Part shown: in pieces, positions 26,041 to 37,127 of the stretch
Layout: each line of letters opens with the position of its first letter
Numbering within the stretch: the stretch's first letter is position 1
NCBI GenBank assembly: GCA_038496445.1
Contig: JALMLS010000480.1
Coordinates: 205,881 to 269,880, forward strand
DNA: 64,000 bases
Reading direction: 5' to 3'
DNA from: Trichosphaerium sp. ATCC 40318
Taxonomy: Eukaryota > Protista > Tubulinea
Notes under the pieces: model-generated
What the model was told of the DNA's origin: nothing
Seen by the model: only the letters and a program-made list of their open reading frames with translations
Databases searched by the model: none
Made by a program: the position numbers and the translations under genes

Positions 26041-28219
26041 TTATTGTATGTACAATGGGAATATTGAAATAAAAGGGTTCATGAAACCAAAAACATCAGA
26101 GCGTAGTATGGTATCACTTTTTGCAGCAACCATCATTCTTGACTCTGGTTCTTGATCATCTGAATTGTCATCATCTTCACTATTGGCCAATTCATTGTCG
26201 TCATTGCCCAACTTATTTTCGCCATCATGACGCTCATGTTTTTTATTTATTGAAGGCCCTGTAGTAGCACCCGGCTTTCTTAAGCTTTCTTCCAGAAGAC
26301 TTGAGTATTGGCTAATGTTTTGAAAATAAGAAAAACTGTGAAATATTGGCAAGACCATGGAGAAAAAAGTGAGAAAAAAAAGTACCTTGCTGCTAATGAT
26401 ACAACACTGAATCCATCGCTATCTTCTTCTGGTTCAAATTCGTATTCTCTATGGATGTTAGTTTTTTTAATCTGTCTATCACGTGGATGTCCACACACTT
26501 GAACTGGAAACGCAACATTGACACGCTTAACTATCAAAGATTTAGTAAACCTCAATGTTTGTAGCAATCATCGATGACGTACATGTGCTGAACTTTCCTT
26601 TTACCTTGACTTGATATGTACATAAAACAGCAGATGTATTATGAAGTGATGGCCCGTATAGCTTATTGATGTTCATTGTATACTGCTTCTTAAAAGTATC
26701 TCCTGGTTCTATTTTAATATCTTCTTTGATATTGAACATTGTACACCTTAACACGTTTAAATGAAACAAACATATTGAACGTTTTTAGTGTACCTATATG
26801 ATGTAGTAGACCCCATAGCTCTAAGCGTTATTTTCAAATAGAGTTTGACATTGGTTATTTTAAGTGGCTTTGCAGTGACGTTTTCAATAGTCTGGATAAA
26901 ACAAACAAAGTAAGTTTTGTTGAATACTTCACATAATCTAATTAACACTTTTTTGTTAAATAAACAGCTACTTACCATTGCAAACTCAAGTACTCTTGGG
27001 TCGTCAATGTACATCACTGGATTTTTGTACTGAACAGTAAATTTGACACCAGTTTTAGGATGAGCGAATATTAACTTGTCCGGAAAGTCAGCTTCGTCCA
27101 TTTGTTCTGCCACATCAATAAATGCCGCTACAATATGATTAATATTTACACAAGTAACAAAGGAACAGTAAATTAAGAAAGACAGTCGTACCACAACAAA
27201 GTTCAGGATGAGTTGGTGCTCTTTTCATGTGCTTCAGCTTTTGATATTTACCATGGTACGCTCTAACTTGATAAGTAATCTTAACGTCATCACTTTTTGT
27301 CACGTAAGAAGAAGGGACACCACGAGGTATTGGTAAACAAAAAGGGTATGAATGGTGACCAGGTGGGATACCCTTTTGTCTTTCATTTTCAACGAAAAGA
27401 TCTTCAAAAGTGCCTTGTAACTTGTACAGCTTGTTTGTAATTATTTCTGTTGCACTGTATGTTGTACTTCTTTTTGCATGGCTCCTTTTCCATGTACAAT
27501 ACTCCTATAATCGTACATAAGTTTAAAGGATATCTTGATCTCAGGGATGAACTTACATAGCCATGGAGTACAATGTAAATACCACCTTCTGGTTTAACAT
27601 GAAATGGTGTTGAGAAATGAACAACACCAGAAACCTGTCCTCCTGTGTGATATGTCTTAAGAGGGACACTCATTGACATTTCAGGTAGACGTCTATCATG
27701 TGTGAGCAATAAAACAAAACAAATAACACAAAAAAGGGAGAAAAGATGAACTGGTTTCCTACCTTGAAGCATTTTTAATGACTTTGGGTATCATAGATTC
27801 GGTACTCATTCTCATTTTGAAATGGATTTTCATGTCAGGGAATCCTTGAGCACCAAAATCGATCCAAATATCTCTGGGCAAAGATTACACTCAAAAAAAA
27901 AAAGTAGTATCACCGAACAACTTACTGTTCATCTCCTGGTTGGAATTTCATAAAGTCAGGGAACAATTGAGCTACAATCTAATAAAATCGTAAGTTAATG
28001 TTGTTGCTACTAAAGAGAATAGGTTTTCGCAAACAAATTTATTTTCTCAGTCAATCGCTCAAGCGCATGCCACAGAGGTTAAACAAATCTATCGGAGTCA
28101 AATAGTAGGCAAGAAGACAACACGAGAAAACGCGAATGATAAGAGGGATAATACTATCAAAAAGCAGAACACGTGGAGTTATTTTGGCGTAAAGTGACAC
28201 TTACCTCTTTCGAAGACAT
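26041..28219 (-). CDS. Arrestin-fold protein, copy 2 (direct duplication of ~22213-24920)
   Basis: Long near-identical matches to copy 1, including upstream DNA (28185-28700 vs 24425-24925). Confidence 0.75.
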
Positions 28220-29159
28220 GAACTTTTTTGTCTTAACTTTTATTTCTAGTGGCGATAAAACATCTTGATTTATCAATAAGATGAGTCGTTGATAGTAAGA
28301 TCTCTTTGTAAGGTTTATTGCTAATAAAAACTTGTAAATACCCTTCTTTCACATAGATGTAAAATCACCAACAAGGGTTTATTTCGTTCCCTAGGAATCG
28401 CCAGAAAATAGTTTTAAAACGTACCAGATGTCTCCGCATTCTCTTTGTTATGACTAATACTCACCAACACGTTGTTCTCTACAGGAAATCCTATTGCTTC
28501 GCAAACTTCAATCCGTACGACACGCACAGTTTGTAGAAGTTGTTTACTTAGATAGTATTCAACAGAATAGGGAAGCGTCATAGCACGTTCCATGGTTGTA
28601 AGAATGGTGTACGATTATCAATAAACTTTTTTAAGCCCAAGTGTACACTACTTTTCGCGAAATAGCTACCCGAAGCCAGTTCTCTGAACCTGTTACCCAA
28701 GATCCTAAACGTTGTCAGAATAGGGAAGCACCATAAGAAGAATATAATCAATAAACCCTTTTAAGCCTGTGTTGCTCTACTTTTCGCTAACCAGAAGGGT
28801 TGTGCACTACTTTTGGTTCGCGAAAACACAATCGATATTTCACGAAATTTCGCATAGTATCTCAAGATTTTTTTCCTACAAGCGTATACAGTAATAAAAC
28901 AACAGTGGTTAGTCAAAAACATAAGCAACTTTGTAAAAAGATGTATTTTATTTACCGACAAACAAATCTATCTGATCTGAAGAGTTGGAGGTTCTGTGTG
29001 CATACAGAGCGTGTGAAGGTACAATACTTCCGTTAGCAATTGGTTGGTACACGTGACATGCTTCTTAGCGTTTTTGGTACATATTGTCTGTTTCATTCAA
29101 GTTTTACTAATATTTTCCAGAAAGTGAGTTTTTAGCACGTTTAGCAGATCTAGCAAGAT

Positions 29160-29670
29160 CTGACACTTCTGTCAAATGGTGTAGATCTATCACAATGTGA
29201 ACTATTTGTGTTACAATGTTGTCCTTCATTGTGTGACTTAGGTACCTTACGGTAAGTGATAGCAAAATTGTCAAAGTAAGTTTCAACAGACCATATGGAA
29301 GATGATCGCAGCATTTTACCATTGCAAACTGTACACGGTACAGAAGTGTTCAATGCGCTAAAAGCGAATTAAAAAGGTATGATGTCCTACAAAGCTATCG
29401 CATTACCACCAAACACGGTATGATGCCTCAAACACTGTTTGCTTTATGTTTTGCTTCAAAAAATCAACGTACGTGTATAACTTACTAGCGCCTACCCCAC
29501 GTACGCTAGCGCCTACCCCACGCTAACAACAGCGCTATGGCAGCATCCAAATAGCAAGGCAGTGTACTAACGTTAAAACCTCCCAAAACACCACCAGCAT
29601 TGCTGTAGGCTTTGTAACCGTTCAAATATGTAAATACAAAATTTTGCTATGGGTTGGTTAAATCACGTGG
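29160..29670. repeat. Diverged dispersed non-coding repeat; inverted copy at ~48260-48531
   Basis: tgacacttctgtcaaatggtgtaga.ctatc.caatgtg.actatttg and tcaacgtac..gtataacttac...agcgct...gcagcat.caaata are shared with the reverse complement of 48260-48531. Confidence 0.7.
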
Positions 29671-30158
29671 GTTTGAAACGGTTCAACAGGCGTGAGGGGT
29701 AGCTCACATTTAAAAAATGACAATTTGCAAGATCTGTCAGAAGTGTCAAATCCGTCAGATCTGTGTTCTGGAGTTTGATAAAATCACGTGATGACGCAAA
29801 CCTTTTCTGGTAGGGCGCTAGATTACCTTATCGAATTGGCTCACGTCTACACAGTAAACAACAACTTGAAAGCGTTCACAATGGTTTGATAAATCTACAC
29901 TTGTTTCTTGATCTCCGAGTAAAGTAACTGTTTTGAATGATATTTTTGGGAACTGTAGATACTCTTCTTCTATGCCTGTGATAATAGAACGTGCCCTAGA
30001 ATATACGACATTAATAAATAATAGAAATCAATCGCACAAACTAACCACAAAGAAGGGAAAAAACCGTTTGTTGGATTTTTTTTACCGCTACTACCACTTA
30101 CAAAATAATGTCTTGTATTGTTGGTTGATATTTTGGATCTGCTACTCTTGAAAAATTG

Positions 30159-31222
30159 TTACGCCAACTGAAAAAAAAAAAAAGACGTAACAACAAGTAG
30201 CAGGTTCATAATCGTTGCCGTCTGCTTCTGTCTCGTCCGACGTCTGTTATCTACTGATTTAGCCGACCTATGTCTTCTCCTCTTTTTAATGGAGAATAGA
30301 CGACTTCTTCTGGAATGTGTGGGCCGTCCAGGAGGTGGTACACGCTCAGCAACATCTATTGTCTTTCTTAAAATGTTTGTAAGAAATGAAAAAAACCAAA
30401 TGACTAAAATAGACTAAGTTATTCTTACATGCTTGTTCCTGTACAAAGCGTACCTAGGAAGTAAATACATACGATATACACCGCAACACAAACCAGCGTT
30501 AGGAATTATTGGAGAGCTAATTAAGGTCTTTGATAAACACGTGAAAACCACTCAGCCTTTCTGGCTTACACTTGAAGTTTAGGCGGATTGCTTGCTTTGG
30601 GAACATACCACTAAATCATAGATCAAATTGCTTCGTCATTTCAAACTATTTTATTTCTACAAATTGCACGTGGTCTTCGTTATTGGTGCTAAGGAATTTT
30701 CTTTTTATCCGTCAGTACCTCTGCGGTCCTGTTTTTACCAAAGCAATTACCGAGCAACTCTTGCTCAAAAACACTCATATATGCTCTTGGGCTTCTACGA
30801 CGTGCATTTATAGCATTGTTAAAAACAGACTTGAACGCCTTTCTATTGCTGGTGCTGATTGTCCATCCGCTGACTTGCCATTCCTCAGTGTTCTTCTTGA
30901 TCCAAGATTGTTGCTTGGCATAAGCAAACAGCCTTTCATGCTTGTTACCATCGCCACTCTTGAAGAAATCATTCGTGACAATAACATATGTTGTTGTCTT
31001 TGTTGCGTATACAGTCAAACAAGTACAAGCAGTATATGTATCCTGATGCTTATTGTCCTCCTCTGCTCGTCTTTTTCTATTTATCTTTATGACAAAGTTC
31101 TTTGACACACTGCATTTTTTAGGTTTAGAGTGCTGTTCCTTTTGTTTATCGCTCATCTTTTTGTATTCGGCTTTGGCAAGTTCAAGAAGTTGAGTTTCGA
31201 TTGCAAGTTTAGATTTACCCAT
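30159..31222 (-). CDS. Hypothetical basic protein; 3' exons uncertain
   Basis: 168-codon first exon ending at a GTACTG donor (~30718); no recognised domain. Confidence 0.45.
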
Positions 31223-31932
31223 GTTGTTGGTTTGTTTGTTCTAGTGGTGTTGTTGTTGATTGTGTAGGTTGTTGATGTTTATGACTGTAAGGATGACCTT
31301 GCCTTTTCACGTGATTTTCTTGAGACACTTATTGCGTCATACACGAAAAGTTCACGACGCCTATTGCCAATAAATCGATCAAAGAGTTATAGCTACAGCG
31401 TGTGGTGTGACCGAAAGTCTCCGAAGATTTCCTGAACCTCCAATAACCAATCAAAAACTACAATAGTTACAAAACCTTCCATATTGCTTCAAGGATAATT
31501 CTAAGACCACTGGTATTATAAAAACGTTGGCTATGACGCAATAAGGTGTTACGCATGAATCACTCATATTCTCAAAATATTAATAACTCCTCTTTCCCGT
31601 ACTTTGAGCAGTCGCCAATGATCCAATCATAAGCGGTATATCAAAGTACACCTTAAATACGGTAATTCAACGAATTCATGAACACAAACACGTTTTTACT
31701 CGCTTTCAAACACGTAGATCAAGCCATTGGCGAGTGTCTCACAACAGAGTATTTCCTAACAAACCAAGTAGGTCTCTTCAAGAGAGTGGTTGGGCTGAAG
31801 CAGACTTGAAAACATTCTAACTTTATACATCGAAAACCAGAGAAAAAAAGCATGATTGTCTCTATTTATTGTTGATCTCGTGTGACTGTGCTTTTACGTA
31901 ACAACCAACTCAATGTTATTTATGATATTTTG

Positions 31933-32894
31933 TCATTTGTATGAGATAAACACAAGGTACTTTCCAGGTACAGTTGCTGTGTACTCAGCTAGATACCTTC
32001 CTGTCTGACCAGAGTGTGATACACGAGCAAAGAAGTTATCATTACCTTCCATACGAACACGTACATCCTTGACTTCGATATCTTTTAACAGAAAACAAGT
32101 AAGTAAGCAGGTTGTATATAAACCCAATATTATTTGGTGACTTCATTGAAGAAGACTTTTCTGTTTATTTACAAATTGTTTAGGCATTCGAAATGGGTGG
32201 TGGAAACAGAGGAGGCGGTGGAGCTCCTACTGTAACTAATTTTAAGGTTGAAGATATGGGTCTCACTTACGCTAAAACAACTCAAACAACCAACTTTTTG
32301 ATGCTCGTGAATGATGGCAACGAAAATCCTAAGGTAATTTTATTTGTACATAAATATTCAACCTTTGATGGCGACTGGTTTGTAAAAAATAATCACGTGT
32401 GATTTTCTTGGTTCTTGAAAACGTTCTGTAGAAGACGTACCTTTAATTTTTGAGAAAATAGAGGTTGGTTGTTGTAGTTTATGGATACGGTGTAGTTTCC
32501 AGGAGCTTGGAAAATGAACTCTATATTAGCTGCGCCATTAGTTCCATTCTTCACTTCAGCATGAACCTCAGCTAGAAAACGGACCGTGAGCTTGAAAAGA
32601 AGAAAACAATGCCAGAAACGCAACGTGTACTTGGTCCGTATGCGACTCCCTGAACGTTGTGCAAGTCTATTTGAAGGTGATTTCCAGATGCTTCTTTTGC
32701 GCCAAATTTAAATACGGCAGCACAACCAAGCTGGCTCGTTTGTGGGCCCATGAAATTAAAAGAATATGAGAAAGCCTAAACAAGACAGATCAGGCAGAAA
32801 CTGGATTTTTTTGCTAAAAGTCAGTCTGTCTCAAAACTTGAATGAAACAGACAATATGATGTGACTTTGGATTACTTGGTAATGAAGAAGGCAT
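31933..32894 (-). CDS. Small filamin/ABP280-type Ig-repeat protein with one internal exon inverted
   Basis: EVKNGTNGAANIEFIFQAPGNYTVSINYNNQPL and GRYLAEYTATVPGKYLVFISYK are filamin-repeat ends; the missing start of repeat 2 lies on the plus strand at 32184-32333. Confidence 0.75.
32184..32333 (+). other. Inverted 150-nt filamin-repeat exon
   Basis: Pyrimidine tract and tttag|GCA TTC GAA ATG...CCT AAG|gtaatt; encodes AFEMGGGNRGGGGAPTVTNFKVEDMGLTYAKTTQTTNFLMLVNDGNENPK. Confidence 0.75.
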
Positions 32895-33466
32895 TTTTTC
32901 TTTGCGTCTTTTCTGAAAGATGCAATTGGTGAGCTCCTACATCACACATGATGCATTGGAACCTTTTCTAGGTGATGGTGCTTACACAATAAAGGGTTGT
33001 GACACGAGAAGTTTGTTATTCCTTGTTGGAAGCCAAGCAAAGGTAAGTTGAAGAAAAACAAATTATACGTAATGCATTTTTACAACTGATATTATTTTTG
33101 AATTGAGGACAATTAGTTGTTTTAGAATGTCTCAGTGTCCACCAAAACCGACACAAAACGACTAAAAGTGCCTACTGATATTGCTTCACGTGCAAAAGCA
33201 TGTGTGGGATCAGTTGTGGAGTAGAATATCTTGTAATAGTTCACGCCAACCAACATCAAGTCAAAACAAATGAACTTACCTTAAAGCAATGAAAGTAACT
33301 GGCTGTACTAAGAGGTGCCATTAATAAATAGAGGTGGACACTTTATACTCTAAAATGAGTATTTTGGACACAGTACAATAAGCTGTACTATTCTTTTATT
33401 GATTGATGTGCCGTCTTTGTCACAATGTGCTTTAAACAAACTCTATAATGTTCAAGTGTCTGTCCA

Positions 33467-34597
33467 TCACTTCTCTATTTTAATCACTCCTGGAAGTAAT
33501 TGTAATACATCACAAGTAGCACTTGAATCTTCAATGTTGATGAATTTTACACCAACAAGTGCTGCAACACCAGCATTTGTCACCAAACAACAATTAGATA
33601 AATCAATCTTATAGACACCAGCCAATGCCTTTACACCATCGTCAGTTACTTTTGTACAGCAAAGGATAATAGAATGAACACCGGCCAATGCTGTCAATCC
33701 TTCATCTGTAACATGTGTGAACCCAAGATCAATTGTATGAACTCCAGCTAAGGATTTAATACCATCATCTGTTATAAGCCTACATTGGCAAAGACTAATT
33801 GTATGAACGCCAGACAATGCTTTAAGCCCTTTATCCCCTACTTTTGTATTGGAAAGATGGATTGTATGAACACCAGATAAAGCTCTAACACCTTCACATG
33901 AAACGAAAGTATAGTTAAGATTAATTGAATGAACACCACTTAGTGCCTTGATTCCGTCATTTGATACTATTGTATCAAATAGATTGATTGTATGAACTCC
34001 TGCAAGAGCTTGTACACCTTCATCACTAACATCAGTAGAACTTAAGTTGATTGTATGAACTCCTGCGAGAGCTTTGACACCTTCATCACTTATTGCACAG
34101 GAACTTAAATTGATCGAATGAACCCCAGCCAGTGTTTTAATGCCTTCATCTGTAACACATGTGTCAGATAAATTGATGTTTTTGATTCCAGAAAGTTGTT
34201 TTAGATGAACATCATTAATGAAGAGACAAGATCTAAAGTCAATACTATCAACAACTTTAAAGTCAGTAAAATCAGCTTTTATCTTCCTCTTAGTATAAAC
34301 CCTCAAACCGTACACCCCTTGTAGGTACTTTAAGTGCTTTTGTTTAATGTTAAATAGAATATGAATCGTGTTTGTTGTTATAAGATGCGGTGCGCTTTTG
34401 AATAGCTTTTTGAGCTTTTCTTTGTTTTTAATCACTATCACCCTTCTGTTCACATATCCCACGTGTTGTATTGCGATTGTTTTTAATAATTTAGATGTTC
34501 GTACTACTGAATGCATAGATTTATCAGGAATTAACTGTATAATGCAAACAATGACTTCAACAGGAATCTCAGCAAAGAATGCGCTGTTTTTGTTCAT
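33467..34597 (-). CDS. F-box-like + LRR protein (subtype A), intronless
   Basis: FFAEIPVEVIVCII followed by 21-22-aa repeats VHTIxLxxxxVTDEG(I/V)KALAG. Confidence 0.9.
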   Translation of the reverse strand: MNKNSAFFAEIPVEVIVCIIQLIPDKSMHSVVRTSKLLKTIAIQHVGYVNRRVIVIKNKEKLKKLFKSAPHLITTNTIHILFNIKQKHLKYLQGVYGLRVYTKRKIKADFTDFKVVDSIDFRSCLFINDVHLKQLSGIKNINLSDTCVTDEGIKTLAGVHSINLSSCAISDEGVKALAGVHTINLSSTDVSDEGVQALAGVHTINLFDTIVSNDGIKALSGVHSINLNYTFVSCEGVRALSGVHTIHLSNTKVGDKGLKALSGVHTISLCQCRLITDDGIKSLAGVHTIDLGFTHVTDEGLTALAGVHSIILCCTKVTDDGVKALAGVYKIDLSNCCLVTNAGVAALVGVKFINIEDSSATCDVLQLLPGVIKIEK

Positions 34598-35720
34598 TCT
34601 TGGTTTATAAATACACCACAGTAACCCAAACACTATGTGTTACTCTCTTTGCGATAAGGGAAATCCATTATTAAGCCAACATGCCAGTTAAGGGCGTTTA
34701 CAAACATCGGAACTCAATCAAGAAATTGTTGCCACGAAACCGAAAAAACTTACAAAACATCTTGAAACCATTAAACACATCAAATACACGCCTTGTACAA
34801 CAACTTGAACACGCAGAATTTTAACGCTATTTAATTACGTTTTTTACATCTTTCATGAGCCCTATCACTGCCTACACTCACCCAATTTATGAACTATGAT
34901 TGACACTCACTATGACGTTCCAGAAAAAGATTACATGTGGATATGGCTGACCAAGCGTTGTTTCCAAGCTGCCTGCTTTTGGGAACTGCTGGAGATAGTC
35001 GAATCCTTCATTTCAAGCCAGCTGACCATCAAACGGCGAAGATATCATTAGACCTAACATAAACAAACTGGGTTGTTTTTGTTTGTACCGCACATTTATG
35101 TGAGCAATTGGTAGTTAAGCACAAGGTCATGCTGCACGTCAAAAGAATATGTGGGTGAACTTCATACTCACAAGATTGTCCAAACAGGAAGTTTTGGTGC
35201 ATTGCACTGTTTTTATGTTTATGGTCTTTTACACAAAGAGTGGATTCGTTGTGTCTTGATATACTTAAACCATATTTACGTCAATGGTAAGAGAAGTCAT
35301 CTAAGAATTAAGGATGTGACAAATGACCTGATTATCAATAACAAAATTAACAATCCCAGTTTTTAGGTCATTACTTATAACCTAAACCTTTTTCATTTCT
35401 GATAGTTTGTATAATGGTTGCTATAATATAATTAAACCTTATACTGTTGTTAACATGAACTACATACTCACAGTGACGAACAAATCCGAGTTCAAAAAAT
35501 GGACTATCACTGACTGTGGTTTTTTTGATATATCCTTCTGTACATGCTTCTGTTTTTTAGTCGAGCTAGCCACTGGTTACAGCCACTACATACAGACACC
35601 TGCAAGCTTTTTGATAAAATATATATTTCAAGACAAGTCAAATGGTTTCTCTGGGTCATAATCGTTAAGTGATTAAACGCTTGTACTTGTACAAATATTT
35701 CATGTCAAGTCATCGTATCC

Positions 35721-36704
35721 ATGGACGACACAAAAAGAAGCAAAAAACGTCAAAAACCTTTGAAGAACACCACCTACACCTTGCATAACACGTAAATATC
35801 TTATTGATTGCATAACGTTCTAAAATATTACTTCTAGCGCTCAAATAACATTATTGGGCATGCCTATTGAGATTCTAGCGTTTATATTAACGAATACAAC
35901 AACAGCTCGATTTGCAGCTTGTCAAACATGTCGTATCCTTTCTTCTATCATTCACGACATTGTTGGGTATGACTGTATACGTATAAGAACAGGAGAACAA
36001 GTAAAAGAAGTCATAAAACACAGAGGAATCATTAAACACACAGCAATCAGGTTTAGGACTGATGCAGCTACCGGGTTTCCGTCTGACAAGATTGTGAACA
36101 AATTTGCAGGAGTTCATGACATTGCCTTTCCCATACCTATGTGACAGATGAAGGTATCAAAGCTCTTGCAGGTGTTCACACAATCTACCTAAATAATACT
36201 CCAGTAACAGATGAAGGTGTCAAAGCTCTTGCAGGTGTACACGCTATTAACCTTGAACTCACCAAAGTGACTGATGAAGCAATCCAAAGCCTTGTTGGTG
36301 TACACACAATTAACATAAATTGTTGTCATAGCATTACGGTTGAAGGAATCAAAGCACTCAAAGATGCTCACGATGTTTCTGTTTCTCATGTTAAAAACTC
36401 ATGGCTAGAACATCTTAGCAAAGTTCATACGTTACACTTAGTATGTGGGGCAACAGATGATCAACTCAAAGAGTTGACTAATGTCAAACACCTTGAGCTT
36501 AGTTGTTGCTATGATGTAACAAACTTGGGTTTGAAAACATTGGTCAACCTTGAAAAACTACATGTGTTGGGTAACAACAATATTACAAATGATTGCTTGA
36601 AGCACTTAAAATCTCTAAAACATTTATGTGAACATAATACAAATATTACAAGGGAGGATGTTGAGTCAATGGGTATTCAATATACGAACTATGTAGATGA
36701 CTGA
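35721..36704 (+). pseudogene. F-box-like + LRR protein (subtype B) with a 1-nt frameshift at ~36130
   Basis: A short first exon splices to LLGMPIEILAFI; ORFs 35854-36144 and 36141-36704 join inside an LRR unit only with a frameshift. Confidence 0.75.
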
Positions 36705-37127
36705 GAGCTTTATTTCTTCAAAAAGAATTTCTTGACCGGCTGCACCTTGTACACATATATCTGTCAAATAAACCTTTGACGACCTTGCCCACCACCGCCA
36801 ATGTGCTCCCCATCTGTTGTTCTCAAACAAGCTGTTTGGGGGTCCAATTTAACCAAACACTGGCCGCATTATACCTTTTCTATCTGCTACTACATTGTCA
36901 CTGGTACACTAACTGCGCAAGCACTTCATCCAAGTGAATAGGCATTGTTAGTTTGACTTCATACTGTCAAACGATTAATATCAATACTTACAATATACTT
37001 ATAGTTTATTTTATTGTACAAGCCCAAGTTGAGAAGGAAGAACAAGAAAGTTGGAGAATCCATAAAAAAATTGCCAAAAAAAAATGACAGTAAGATCGCA
37101 ACTCTTGTAAAAGAAAGGTTCATTTGT

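Noticed and set aside
30340-30360. TGT TGC TGA GCG TGT (C-C-U-A-C) on the minus strand as a second selenoprotein
   Set aside because: The splice phase I traced favours another frame and I found no SECIS downstream.
36125-36145. Programmed frameshift in the LRR gene
   Set aside because: TTTCCCA is not in a slippery-site phase; a 1-nt deletion or sequencing error is simpler.
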